A stretch of DNA of 64,000 nt, from NCBI GenBank assembly GCA_963793265.1, contig CAWBZI010000006.1:416001-480000 (forward strand). The letters are read 5' to 3'. The DNA comes from an uncultured cyanobacterium (GTDB lineage: Bacteria; Cyanobacteriota; Cyanobacteriia; Phormidesmidales; Phormidesmidaceae). Below the pieces are notes generated by a model, which saw nothing but the letters and a program-made list of their open reading frames with translations, made no database searches and was not told the DNA's origin. Below are positions 10,230 to 20,230 of this stretch, one piece after another. The translations under genes and the position numbers were made by a program. Position 1 is the first letter of the stretch. Each line of letters begins with the position of its first letter.

Positions 10230-11063
10230 CTAGTCGGTTGGAAGCTTAAAAAGCGCAAAGGTGACAAGGTAGCTGATTAAACTACAGATTAGCGTAGAGG
10301 TCACATTGTAAAACGTCGCTAAATGTTTCCGCAGCTTAGGGTTGTACTCTAGCGAATCACCGACAATTTCCAAAGTAGGGCGATAGGCTGTTCCCTCCGT
10401 TTGCTCGGCATCGGTGTAAAGCTGCTGCGTATGCATTGAAATGTCTTTTAATAGGCTTCGCATCCAAAACGTTAGCGCCAGCAGGCCGATGAGCGTAATC
10501 GTGGCAATCATCAACGGATCGATCAGCGCATTAATGATGGCAACGGTTTCATCTGAAAGCTCATGGCGCAAAAGCCGCAGCACAGCCCACACCAGCCCAG
10601 ATATGCCGATTTTGTACAGCAGCGACAGATAGGTTTTGCGGTCTTCTTCTAAAAAGCGCTCTGCTACCGCCGCTTCTGCCGCCTCTGCTTCTGCCTCTAC
10701 TTCCGCAGCTTTGGCTTTTTTGCTCTTGCGTTTTGTAGTTTTATTAGCTGCCTTATTAGCTGCCTTAGCAGTCGTTTTGTCAGCAGTCGCAGTGGATTTA
10801 TTAGACCGCGACTTGCGAGGGCTTCCAGAACTATCAGATGTCGAACTATCCGGCTTGGCGATTGGAATAGAGGGAAACTTACTAGCTAAGCCAGGGGAGG
10901 ATTCTAGCCCCTTATCCAGACCGTCGTCGGAGAGTGACTTTGCAGATGGGGTTGTCGTCGGCAGCTTGCTTTGAGCCGCTGGCATATCGTCAGCGCTTTT
11001 AGGATCTGCTTTTTTTGAGCCGCCAAACGGGCTTTGACCGTAGGTTTTAGAATCGTATGCCAT
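10230..11063 (-). CDS. Hypothetical membrane protein with disordered Lys/Ser/Ala-rich N-terminus
   Basis: Long ORF with a low-complexity N-half and about three TM segments. Confidence 0.6.
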   Translation of the reverse strand: MAYDSKTYGQSPFGGSKKADPKSADDMPAAQSKLPTTTPSAKSLSDDGLDKGLESSPGLASKFPSIPIAKPDSSTSDSSGSPRKSRSNKSTATADKTTAKAANKAANKTTKRKSKKAKAAEVEAEAEAAEAAVAERFLEEDRKTYLSLLYKIGISGLVWAVLRLLRHELSDETVAIINALIDPLMIATITLIGLLALTFWMRSLLKDISMHTQQLYTDAEQTEGTAYRPTLEIVGDSLEYNPKLRKHLATFYNVTSTLICSLISYLVTFALFKLPTD

Positions 11064-11148
11064 GGATTTTCCATCGGGCTTTCAGATACGCTCAACCCTA
11101 TCAACAAAAGCGCAGATTTACGCACCAATGTTAGTCACACCCTTATAA

Positions 11149-11943
11149 CTACTCGATTGTTTCACCAGCTTTTAGCCGGGTTGTGGCTTCTTCAAAAAAA
11201 GATAGGGGCGCGTTTCCTGGAATGAGCAGATCGTTCATGACAAAGGTAGGCGTACCGCGTATTCCAAAAGCTTCGGCTAGGGCAATGTCTTGGTCGATGG
11301 CGGCTTGCGCTTCGGGGCTATTGTGATCGCGCTCAAATTGCTCCATATCTAACCCAATTTGCTCGGCTAGCTCTGTGAAATAGTTCTCATTGGTTTTAAT
11401 TTTGTCCTGGTAGGCGAATAGACCATCGTGATACAGCCAAAACTGATCTTGCTGCCCGGCCGCCCAGGAAGCTTTGGCCGCTTCCATGGCCTTATCGTGA
11501 ATACTCACCAGCGGAAACTGCTTGTACACGTAAAGCACATCGTCTTCATGCTCAGCGGTGAATGTCTTCATTTCAGCCGCAGCCGTCGCGCAGTAAGGAC
11601 ACTGAAAGTCAGAAAACTTCATCAGCACGACCTCAGCATCCAACGGGCCTTTGGTCGAAGACTCACCAATTAGCTCTTCGCGACTTTTAGAGCTGAGTAC
11701 GCTCTGAATCTGCTTTCGCTGCGCTTCCCACTCGGCGCGAGCCTGGGCTTGCGCTTCGGCCAGCTCGACTTCTGTGGGCTGTTCTACGTTTTCATTCGGC
11801 TCGCTAGTAGGTGCTGTGTCAGTAGCCGTGCTCTCTGCTATGGGAGTGCCGCAGCTAATTAGGGCTAGTGATAGGGCGATCGCAAGCCAGGAGGGCGATC
11901 GCTTAGCCCATCGAAATCTGCTTCTTTGAAATAAGGTCATCAA
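11149..11943 (-). CDS. DsbA-family thioredoxin-fold lipoprotein
   Basis: Lipobox LISC, FSDFQCPYC, GIRGTPTF. Confidence 0.9.
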   Translation of the reverse strand: MMTLFQRSRFRWAKRSPSWLAIALSLALISCGTPIAESTATDTAPTSEPNENVEQPTEVELAEAQAQARAEWEAQRKQIQSVLSSKSREELIGESSTKGPLDAEVVLMKFSDFQCPYCATAAAEMKTFTAEHEDDVLYVYKQFPLVSIHDKAMEAAKASWAAGQQDQFWLYHDGLFAYQDKIKTNENYFTELAEQIGLDMEQFERDHNSPEAQAAIDQDIALAEAFGIRGTPTFVMNDLLIPGNAPLSFFEEATTRLKAGETIE

Positions 11944-11998
11944 ACTTCTCCTAACACCGTCATCGCGATCCTAGACGATTGAAGCCAATATCAGGGCT

Positions 11999-12745
11999 TT
12001 AGTCCACCCAGCCGATATCGTCATCACTCATCATGCTGTTGCTTTGACCGCTAGCAGGCGTACCGCGCTGGATAGCGTATTCAGGAATGGACTTATAGCT
12101 AGAATACGGCGGTCTGCGGAGGCTTAGTGACGGCTTAGGCTCCTCTTTTTTGGACGCTGGCTCAGCAGTCTTTTCGGCTTTCTCAGCAGCGATCGCCTTC
12201 GTCGCGGCTAGCTTCTCGCTAGCTTCCTGAGCTTTCGTCAGCGTTACAACTGCCTCCTTAGCTGTATTGAGTTCGCCCGTGAGCTGCTTGATCTGAGCTT
12301 CTTTCTCATCGCGCTCACTCTGCGCGGTTTTCAAGCTATCTTTCAGCTCGAAGATGCGCTCTTGATGTGTCTCTACATCCTCTTGCAACGCGCTCACTTG
12401 CTCAGCAGATTTCTTTAGCGCGGCTTCTAAAGACGCTATTTTCTTATCAGCTTCCGCCGCTGTCGCTTTAGCAGCCGCAGCGTCACTGTCAGCTTTGGCC
12501 GCTGTCGTTTTAGCAGAGGTTGCTTTGGCAGTGGAGGCTTTTGTGGAGGCTTTTGCTGCTGATGTCTCGGCCGCTGCCTCAGAAGAAGGCCGCTTTCGAG
12601 TGCGAGATTTGGCTGAGCTGTTTGCTTTTGTCGCTGATGCGGTTTTCTGAGCTGTTTTTTGAGTCGCTGTGCTACCCGCCGAGCTGTCTTCAGATGGTTT
12701 TTCTACCTCTTCTTTAAGTAGGTCGGCAATCCGCTTTTTAGTCAT
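11999..12745 (-). CDS. mcdB: Carboxysome-positioning adaptor McdB (type 2), putative
   Basis: ATG 12745 overlaps the stop of the upstream ParA (ATGA); charged N-terminus MTKKRIADLL, disordered linker, coiled coil and Trp among the last residues (DDIGWVD), all described McdB hallmarks. Confidence 0.7.
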   Translation of the reverse strand: MTKKRIADLLKEEVEKPSEDSSAGSTATQKTAQKTASATKANSSAKSRTRKRPSSEAAAETSAAKASTKASTAKATSAKTTAAKADSDAAAAKATAAEADKKIASLEAALKKSAEQVSALQEDVETHQERIFELKDSLKTAQSERDEKEAQIKQLTGELNTAKEAVVTLTKAQEASEKLAATKAIAAEKAEKTAEPASKKEEPKPSLSLRRPPYSSYKSIPEYAIQRGTPASGQSNSMMSDDDIGWVD

Positions 12746-13380
12746 GAATCTTTCCAATCTGTTTGAATTTCGTCGGCAACTCTGATGTAGTCAGCTCTAG
12801 CTTCAATCGCGTTTCGGCCTTTCCACTGGGTAATCGGAACCCCTTCTAAGGCTGCGCGCTCGTGGGCTTTATAGGTTTTTACAAAGGCGTAGCAGGCGGG
12901 AATTTCTAGCTCCATGAGCATGTTCTGAGCTTCTAAAGCTTCGCCTAAGCTGCGCGAATCGACTTTGGTGAGTAGCACTCGATGCGGAATGCCTGACGGT
13001 GCAATCGTGTGTTTTACGGTGTGCACTAGGGCGGCAATGTCCATTGGCGCGGGGGGGGTGGGTAGTAGCAGGTAGTCGGCAATTGGCACGACGGCTTTGA
13101 GGGCTTCTGAGCTGAGGGCGGGGGGGGTGTCTACGACGATGAGATCGTAGGTTTCTAGCTTTTTTAGTTTACCAAGTAATGCGGGATCGGTTTCTTTGCT
13201 AACGTCAAAGCCGGGGCTGCTATTCCCTCTGTCGGCCCACCAGCTTGCGGAGCCTTGGGTATCTGCATCGACTAGCAACACGCGTTGGGTTTCGCTGAAG
13301 ATGGCGGCTAGGTTGACGGCGGTTGTGGTTTTGCCGACACCGCCTTTGCCGTTGAAGATTAAGAGGATTTTGGGGCTCAT
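12742..13380 (-). CDS. mcdA: ParA-family ATPase, probable McdA (type 2)
   Basis: Deviant Walker A KGGVGKTT, double-Trp motif GSASWW, Walker B IVVDTPP. Confidence 0.75.
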   Translation of the reverse strand: MSPKILLIFNGKGGVGKTTTAVNLAAIFSETQRVLLVDADTQGSASWWADRGNSSPGFDVSKETDPALLGKLKKLETYDLIVVDTPPALSSEALKAVVPIADYLLLPTPPAPMDIAALVHTVKHTIAPSGIPHRVLLTKVDSRSLGEALEAQNMLMELEIPACYAFVKTYKAHERAALEGVPITQWKGRNAIEARADYIRVADEIQTDWKDS

Positions 13381-13478
13381 GGAGGTTAAGCGGCTGGGGG
13401 CTTAAACGGGTGCCGATGAGTTTAAGAATAAGGGCTATTGGTCGCGAGCATTCTTTTTGTGTCGTTCCTGTTACGACA

Positions 13479-14898
13479 TTAGAAGTCCAGGTTGTCCGGG
13501 GTGCGTGGGAAGGGGATTACGTCTCGGATGTTGGTCATGCCGGTGATGAACTGGACTAGGCGCTCGAAGCCGAGGCCGAAGCCTGCGTGGGGGACTGTGC
13601 CGTAGCGGCGCAGGTCTAGGTACCACCAGTAGTCTTCTTTGGGTAGACCGGCTTCTTCGATTCGGCGCTCTAGTATGTCTAGGCGCTCTTCGCGCTGTGC
13701 GCCGCCAATGATCTCACCGATGCCAGGGGCTAGTACGTCCATGGCTGCGACTGTTTTGTTGTCGTCGTTGAGGCGCATGTAAAAGGCTTTGATGCTTGCG
13801 GGGTAGTCGGTTACGATGACGGGCTTTTTGAAGTGCTCTTCGGCTAGGTAGCGCTCGTGCTCTGACTGCATGTCAATGCCCCAGGAGACTTCGTATTCAA
13901 AGGTCTTGCCGTCTTTGATGGCGGCTTCTAGTAGGGCGATCGCATCTGTATAGGTCACCCGCGCAAACTCGCTTTCAATAATGTTGCGCGATCGCTCTAG
14001 CACTGTGTCATCAATCCGCTGATTGAAAAATTCCATATCCTCAGCGCAATGCTTGAGCACATACGAAAAAATGTGTTTGAGGAAGGCTTCTGCTAAGTCC
14101 GCATTACCAGCCAAATCGCAAAAGGCCATCTCGGGCTCAACCATCCAAAATTCGGCTAGGTGGCGCGAGGTGTTGGAATTTTCGGCGCGAAAGGTGGGGC
14201 CGAAGGTGTATACGTTGCTGAACGCTAGGGCCATCGCCTCGGCTTCGAGCTGGCCGCTGACGGTGAGATAGGCGGGCCTGCCGAAAGAAGTCTTGGGAAT
14301 AGTCGGCTTTACCGCTTTTGTCGGTAGGAATGCTGTCGAGATTGAAGCGGGTTACGGTGAACATTTCGCCCGCGCCCTCACAGTCGCTCGCCGTCAGAAT
14401 TGGCGTGTGCATCCATAAAAAGTCTTGCGACTGAAAGAACTCATGGATGGCAGTGGCGCAGGCGTTGCGGACTCTAAAAACGGCCCCGAGCGTATTTGTG
14501 CGGCTGCGCAGATGACCAATTTCTCTTAAGAACTCAAAGGAGTGACGCTTTTTCTGTAGCGGATACGTCTCGCCGTCTGATTCCCCAAAAACTTCGACTT
14601 CGCTGGCCTGAATTTCTACGCGCTGACCCTTTCCAGGCGACTCGGCCAGTGTCCCTTTAATCTGCACAGATGCGCCTGTACTGATGCGCTCCATGCTCGC
14701 CGCATAGTCTGGAATGTCCTCGCCTGCCACCACCTGAATGCCCTTCATCGCAGAGCCGTCATTGACTTCGATAAAGGTAAACTTTTTAGCCGCGCGTTTG
14801 GTTCTGACCCAGCCTTGAATAGTCAGCGTTTCGCCGGGCTGACCCGATGCGAGAATATGCTTTATACGCTGAGAGGAGGCGCTTTGAGAGTCAGTCAT
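13479..14898 (-). CDS. asnS: Asparagine--tRNA ligase, split by a +1 frameshift at ~14285
   Basis: ORF 14137..14898 gives the N-half ([24 protein letters not shown]); ORF 13479..14234 gives the C-half ([25 protein letters not shown]). Removing one T from TTC-TTT-CGG restores [21 protein letters not shown]. Confidence 0.92.
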
Positions 14899-14938
14899 GA
14901 GAGATCAGGCAGCTAAACGTGTCTATCTATACTAATGG

Positions 14939-15292
14939 CTAGCCCAGCCACCAGTGCAAAAGCCAGCCAGCGACTAGCCCAAGCCCACCAAAGCGGACAA
15001 TCTGCCAAAAGGGTTCCTGAATCTCCCGCCAGGAAAGCAGATGACTCTCCAAGGTGACTTTCAGCGCTTCAATGCGATCCTGCATTTGGGCCAGCTCTTC
15101 GGCGGGTAAATGGCTGAGGTCGGCGCTGGTGGCCTGTTCGTATTTGGCTTTGGCCCGGCGGATGGCAAAGAAGCGATCGCGCAGCAGCAAGAACTCATCG
15201 GCCGTTTCTTTGAGCGCCCCTTCAAACGTCGCTAGCTCATCATCACTGGGCAAGTGGGGCTGGCGCTGACGCGACCGGCGGAGCAGTTTCAT
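14939..15292 (-). CDS. Conserved cyanobacterial coiled-coil protein with C-terminal membrane helix
   Basis: LES.L.SW...EPFWQIVRFGGLG C-terminus. Confidence 0.7.
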   Translation of the reverse strand: MKLLRRSRQRQPHLPSDDELATFEGALKETADEFLLLRDRFFAIRRAKAKYEQATSADLSHLPAEELAQMQDRIEALKVTLESHLLSWREIQEPFWQIVRFGGLGLVAGWLLHWWLG

Positions 15293-15356
15293 ATGGCGTT
15301 ACAGTATAGATATCACATCGTTTGAATAGCCATTACTGTAAAGGGAGATCGCAACC

Positions 15357-15674
15357 TTGGGAACCCCTAACCCCGCCTCTAGGTCACAGCCACCAAATTC
15401 ACACACCGGTCTAGATCCAGCACTGCTCAAATCCTTTAGCCCCGAAGCGCTCGCTCAGGCCCTAGCTGAACAGCTTGCCATTACACCAAATGACTGGCAC
15501 AGACTAAGTTCTAACCGGGCTGTTCGGGCTCGCGAACAGGCAGCAGCAGCTTTGGTATACATGCTTAAAGATAAGCCCGAGGAAGCGATCCCGAGACTCA
15601 ATCAGGCGATCGGCTGGCTAGACAAAACACTCAAAGCACCGCCATGTCCTAGCCATGGCAGTAAAAAGGGCTAA
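15357..15674 (+). CDS. Conserved cyanobacterial protein (DUF6439-like)
   Basis: LAQALAE.LAI.P.DWHRL...KAPPCPSHG; usually adjacent to pmgA. Confidence 0.7.
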   Translation: MGTPNPASRSQPPNSHTGLDPALLKSFSPEALAQALAEQLAITPNDWHRLSSNRAVRAREQAAAALVYMLKDKPEEAIPRLNQAIGWLDKTLKAPPCPSHGSKKG

Positions 15675-15707
15675 TTATTCCAAGTTGCAAGTCTCAGGTG
15701 CTGCGTT

Positions 15708-16295
15708 TTAGGTGCTGTGAGCAGACATCGGCGACCATCTGCGCCACCACGATTCAATCGTCGCAAACACAGCAGCCGGGCTCATAAAGCCTACCGCCAC
15801 AGGCCGAAGCTGCTTAGCCAAATGGACTTCTTTACCGTTTTCGCTCCAGCACACCTGATCGAAAACTTGGTGCAAAATAAATAGGCCGCGCCCGCCCTCA
15901 CTGACCAGCGGGTTATCAGGCTGGCTGTCGGGGAAAGGACACATTGGGCAGGTGTCTGGTCGTTCAAAACCTTCACCCTGGTCGCTCACAATCCACCAGT
16001 AGTAACCTTTGGCCCTGGCGTAGCGTACCGACACCAGCTTTTTAGGATCTAGCTGATTTCCGTGCTTAGCAGCATTGACCAAAGCCTCTTGCAAGCCTAA
16101 ACGCAGCTCATCATGAAGGGGATCAGGCGTTGGCTCTAAGAGCGCGTCTAGAATAGGGCGAAGATAGAGCGTAGAGGTAAAGCTCAGGCTCTCCCATCTT
16201 TTAACTGAAGGCGATTTTAGAGCAGAAGATTTCAGGATAGACGATTTCACAGCAGGCATCACGTTCGACGATTTTCCAGGCGGAGCATAAGTCAC
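15708..16295 (-). CDS. pmgA: Anti-sigma-factor-like GHKL protein PmgA
   Basis: SF.STLYL.PILD.LL, ELRLGLQEALVNAAKHGN.LDP.K, SDQGEGF, GRGLFIL. Start uncertain. Confidence 0.8.
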   Translation of the reverse strand: MTYAPPGKSSNVMPAVKSSILKSSALKSPSVKRWESLSFTSTLYLRPILDALLEPTPDPLHDELRLGLQEALVNAAKHGNQLDPKKLVSVRYARAKGYYWWIVSDQGEGFERPDTCPMCPFPDSQPDNPLVSEGGRGLFILHQVFDQVCWSENGKEVHLAKQLRPVAVGFMSPAAVFATIESWWRRWSPMSAHST

Positions 16296-16956
16296 GCAGG
16301 CTACTCTCCCAGCACGCTAACTTTTTCAACGCTAATAAAGGCACGCTTTAACAGTCGATTTATATAAATAATAATCGAGCAATAGCTGTATTAATAGCTA
16401 CAAGAACAGAAGGCTTTTAAACTAAACAAATTTGATATATCTATAGTCTATCAGAACATATAAGGAGATGGCTGAGGTGTAAAAAATATTGACTCTCAGT
16501 GATGTCCGTAGCAGCATTCAAGACTGTAGTTAAAAAACGTTTAAAGCACACTAAGGACGCGATCGCTAAATCTGCACCACAGACCCAGTAACCAACCTAT
16601 ACAATGCAGTCATTGGGCTTATTAAAAACAACTTTTTGCAACCGCCAAAACGACCTTGCAGAGACGGCTTCAGTCAAAAACAAGCACGAGAAAAGCAGGC
16701 AAAGAGAGTGTTTTAATAGAGCGCTATGGCTTTTGAAAACATTAGATTTTATCCCAAAAATAACTTCCTAACGATCTAAAAGTTCTGTTTTCAATTGAGC
16801 GATAAAGAGCAATCCAGCGGCTTTGTGATTTGCTGTTATTACGGACATCAAAAAAATATTGATCCTGCAGAAAATACGGATATTGCCAACAGCTTCCCTT
16901 ACGAGATTCTACGTAATTACCACAAATTTTTCAGACTTTGTTTGCAAAATCAGGAC

Positions 16957-16992
16957 AAAACAACTGTAGTTACGTACAACTACAGTTGTTTT
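16957..16992. other. Perfect 15-bp inverted repeat (terminator or operator)
   Basis: AAAACAACTGTAGTT-ACGTAC-AACTACAGTTGTTTT, about 100 bp downstream of the HEAT-repeat gene. Confidence 0.6.
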
Positions 16993-17092
16993 ATTTACGG
17001 CCATACTGGTCAGGTTTAGTGAGGCAGCAGTACCACAACAGTCATTAAGAATTGTTGCAAGCAGCTTTAGAAGCTGACCTTCAAAACAAGCG

Positions 17093-17803
17093 CTAGGAAG
17101 TAGTGGCCTGCTGCTGTGCGGTTTCAGCAACGATAGCAGAATCGTCTTGAGCGAGTTTGGCGAGTACTTCTTCGACCTGTGGCTGCGTGGCAAAGTGCCC
17201 GAGGGCCTGAGCCACTCGATGCCGAACTTGCCAATCATCGTTTTTGGCGTAGGGAAGGAGGAGGGCGATCGCCCTGTCGTCTTCAAGCTCACCGAGCGCT
17301 CCAATCGCCGACACTGACACTAAAGAGTTGTCATCGTTTAGCGCTTTATTCAACAGATCAAACGCCCGCGCGTCACCCATTTCTCCCAAGCAGGCCACCA
17401 CGCTCATTTTCACCAGCCATTCTGCCGTGGTGTCGTAAAGCTCTGTGAGATCGTCTAATGCATCTGTAAGCTTAAGGGCACCTAAGGCATCGGCGGCGGC
17501 GGCTTGAACATCGGGCTCGGGATCGCCAAGAGACGCGCTAAGTACCTTGTAGGCCGTCGGTTTGTCTTGCTCGCCGAGGGTGGCAATTTGGCTAACGGCA
17601 GCGTAGCGAACGCGGGTGTTTGGGTCGTCGCACAGCGGTGTGATCAGCTTGAAGGCCGTCGCCGGATCGATGTTGCGAAGCTGGTTGATGGCTTTGATGC
17701 GATCGCCAAACCCCTCGGCCTTCAGCATTTCACTGATCTGCTCAGGGCTCATTTGTTCGGGCGCTTGGTCGGGCGTTTGGTCGGAAGAAGGATTAGAAGA
17801 CAT
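17093..17803 (-). CDS. nblB: HEAT-repeat (PBS lyase-like) protein, NblB-like
   Basis: D.N.RVRYAAVSQ, DPEPDVQAAAADALGAL, EWLV..S.VA.LGEMGD, DWQVRHRVAQAL. ATG 17803 preferred over the ORF-track start at 17839. Confidence 0.7.
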   Translation of the reverse strand: MSSNPSSDQTPDQAPEQMSPEQISEMLKAEGFGDRIKAINQLRNIDPATAFKLITPLCDDPNTRVRYAAVSQIATLGEQDKPTAYKVLSASLGDPEPDVQAAAADALGALKLTDALDDLTELYDTTAEWLVKMSVVACLGEMGDARAFDLLNKALNDDNSLVSVSAIGALGELEDDRAIALLLPYAKNDDWQVRHRVAQALGHFATQPQVEEVLAKLAQDDSAIVAETAQQQATTS

Positions 17804-17981
17804 GGTTATCAGGACTAGGCTAAGTAGTCCAAACTTCAATATTGCTGTCTTACCACTCTATTGCATCTGTCAGGTTAGCTAAAACATCACCGCTGGCAAG
17901 ATCCTGCATATTGCAACCGCTAACACAACCCGCAAAATGCGAATGCATCCGCACTTTGCTGCACTCACTTCCACAAAACCT

Positions 17982-18887
17982 ATGCGCGTATTAATATCAG
18001 CTATTTTTCCTATCGCGCTCGTTGCCCTCGCAGGCGTATGGGTAGGCCGCACCTTTGAGCTAGATCTCAAAACCCTAGCCCGGCTAAACATTTACGTTTT
18101 ACTTCCCGCCTTAGTACTCACGGGCGTATACGGCAGCACCCTTGCCCTTAGCAGCACCCTCGGCATCGTCGTCGGCTTTTTGCTCAACTGCGCTGTTCTC
18201 TACGGTCTTGCCAACGCACTCGGCAAAGCGTTTAAGCTTCCTACCGATAGCCGCAAAAGCCTGGTCGCCACTACGCTACTCGCAAACTCAGGCAATATTG
18301 GCCTGCCCTTCATGCTATTTGCACTGGGCCAAGGCGGTCTAGATCGCGGCATCGTCTACCTGATTGCTTCAGCTATTTTTATTGCCAGCGTCGGGCCAGT
18401 CGTGTTGAAGGGTGAAGGTATGAGCGCGGGCATAAAAGTCACGCTGAGCCTGCCAGTGTTTTGGGCCACGCTTCTCGGCATTGCGCTACAGGGCATTGCC
18501 TGGCAAGGACTAGACTGGCAGGTGCCTGCTGAAATTGACCGCGCCTTAGAACTCCTCAGCGGCGCGGCCATTCCCATTGCCCTACTCACTTTAGGCATTC
18601 AGCTTTCGCAAACGCGCCTGAACTTTGGCCTGTACGAACTATTTGCCGCTGCGCTACGGCTGTTTGTGTCACCGCTAACGGCCTACATCATCGGGCGACT
18701 CTTAGGGCTGCAAGGACTTGATTTATCAGTACTTGTCATGCAGTCAGCAATGCCGGTCGCCGTCAACACCCTCATCTGGGTAACTGAGCTAGGCGGCGAC
18801 ACCGTACGAGTAGCCAAAACGATTGTGCTCTCTACGCTCATGAGCTTATTTAGCCTGCCATTGGTGCTATGGCTCATTACCCGCTAG
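17982..18887 (+). CDS. AEC (auxin efflux carrier) family transporter
   Basis: About 10 TM; NSGNIGLP, AAIP.ALL.LG, QSAMP.AVN. ATG 17982 preferred over the ORF-track start at 17937. Confidence 0.88.
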   Translation: MRVLISAIFPIALVALAGVWVGRTFELDLKTLARLNIYVLLPALVLTGVYGSTLALSSTLGIVVGFLLNCAVLYGLANALGKAFKLPTDSRKSLVATTLLANSGNIGLPFMLFALGQGGLDRGIVYLIASAIFIASVGPVVLKGEGMSAGIKVTLSLPVFWATLLGIALQGIAWQGLDWQVPAEIDRALELLSGAAIPIALLTLGIQLSQTRLNFGLYELFAAALRLFVSPLTAYIIGRLLGLQGLDLSVLVMQSAMPVAVNTLIWVTELGGDTVRVAKTIVLSTLMSLFSLPLVLWLITR

Positions 18888-18926
18888 CCGTCTTAGCTAG
18901 TGTATTTTGGCCCTTGGCTAGCCTCT

Positions 18927-19616
18927 TTAGTTGGCCCCAACTGAACCAGGCGTAGCCACAGGCTGACAAGGCGCAGCGACTACCTGCTCGCCTGTTTGAT
19001 ACACATACAAGCCCACATTGCCGTCGTAGTTAGCAACTGCATATTCATAAAACTCACCATCGCTCTCCTGCTGAAAGCTATAGCGCAATCCATCCAGCGG
19101 GTCTTTAATCACCAGCGGCTGGTTTAAATTAGGATCGATATCGTCATAAACTACATCGCTAGAGAGCACGAGTCCATCGGCAACGTATTCTAGTTTGCCT
19201 TCGCTGGGTCGGCGCAAGGTCACTTCAAACAGGTCTTCGCCGCACTGATACTGAGCGCTCCAGCCCACGTTAGGAATCAGGCTGTAAAAGTTTTCTTTGG
19301 TGAGCGTAAAGTCTTGCTGAAAGGGAGGCTCAGGAATTTCTTCTCGCCCGGTCACACACTCATCAGGAACACCATCCCCATCAAAGTCAATGCGTGAATC
19401 GTTGTCAAAGCCGTCACCGTCGCAGTCAATAGCGGGGCCAACAAAATCACCCTGCACCGCTTCTGTTTTGGATCGGTTGAAAGAAGCAACGTCAGGAACT
19501 TTAGGTGAAACCGTTGCCCGAACGCTCTGACCAGGAAGTACTGGCTTACAGGCAGCTAGCAACAGGGCCAAACCAGTGAAGCGAGCGCAAAAGCTTAGTT
19601 TATGGGCTAAATGCAT
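18927..19616 (-). CDS. Hypothetical lipoprotein with DxDxDG Ca-binding-like motifs
   Basis: Lipobox LAAC; DCDGDGFD and DFDGDGVPDEC. Confidence 0.65.
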   Translation of the reverse strand: MHLAHKLSFCARFTGLALLLAACKPVLPGQSVRATVSPKVPDVASFNRSKTEAVQGDFVGPAIDCDGDGFDNDSRIDFDGDGVPDECVTGREEIPEPPFQQDFTLTKENFYSLIPNVGWSAQYQCGEDLFEVTLRRPSEGKLEYVADGLVLSSDVVYDDIDPNLNQPLVIKDPLDGLRYSFQQESDGEFYEYAVANYDGNVGLYVYQTGEQVVAAPCQPVATPGSVGAN

Positions 19617-19780
19617 GGGGTTAAAGGGGGAGGAGGCTAGGTGAAAATTCTAGCATCGACTTTTTCTGATGCCTTTGGAGGTGGCCACCTCTACTAACTG
19701 TACACGCGAGCCGTTTTGTTGTGGTTGAACAAAAGCAACAACTTATCAAAAGCGTTGAGAAGTTGGACGACATACTCCTT

Positions 19781-20182
19781 TTACCATCCCAAAAAGCCAG
19801 ATATTTGACTGGCTAGCGTCGTTGGATCAAAGGGCTTATGAATGACGCCTTGAGCACCTAGCTCGTATAGCCTCTTACGGTCGGCTGCTTTAGATTTTGC
19901 GGTCAGAAAAACAATTGGAATAGACTGAGTGGTCGTATCGGCCTTAAGCGCAGCTAGCGTCGCCACACCGTCCATATCCGGCATCATCACATCTAGCAAA
20001 ATAGCGTCTGGCTGATAGGCTTGGGCCTGCCTTAGTCCCTCTTGACCAAGGTCAGCAGTGAGTACCTGCCAGCCATTCAAAACGGTAAGGCCAATGCGGG
20101 CGACCGTTTGGATATCGGCTTCGTCATCAATAATTAAAATCTGTTTTGCTTGCGTTTGTTCTAGAACTGGGGTGAAAGTCAT
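19781..20182 (-). CDS. Single-domain response regulator (CheY-like)
   Basis: IIDDE, LLDVMMPDMDG, FLTAK, KPF. Confidence 0.92.
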   Translation of the reverse strand: MTFTPVLEQTQAKQILIIDDEADIQTVARIGLTVLNGWQVLTADLGQEGLRQAQAYQPDAILLDVMMPDMDGVATLAALKADTTTQSIPIVFLTAKSKAADRKRLYELGAQGVIHKPFDPTTLASQISGFLGW

Positions 20183-20230
20183 TTTGTCACCTTCCTTTTG
20201 AAGAAACCTACTACAAATTATTCAAGAGAT

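Noticed and set aside
16964..16983. NtcA site within the palindrome
   Set aside because: The GTA...TAC spacings present do not give the canonical GTA-N8-TAC.
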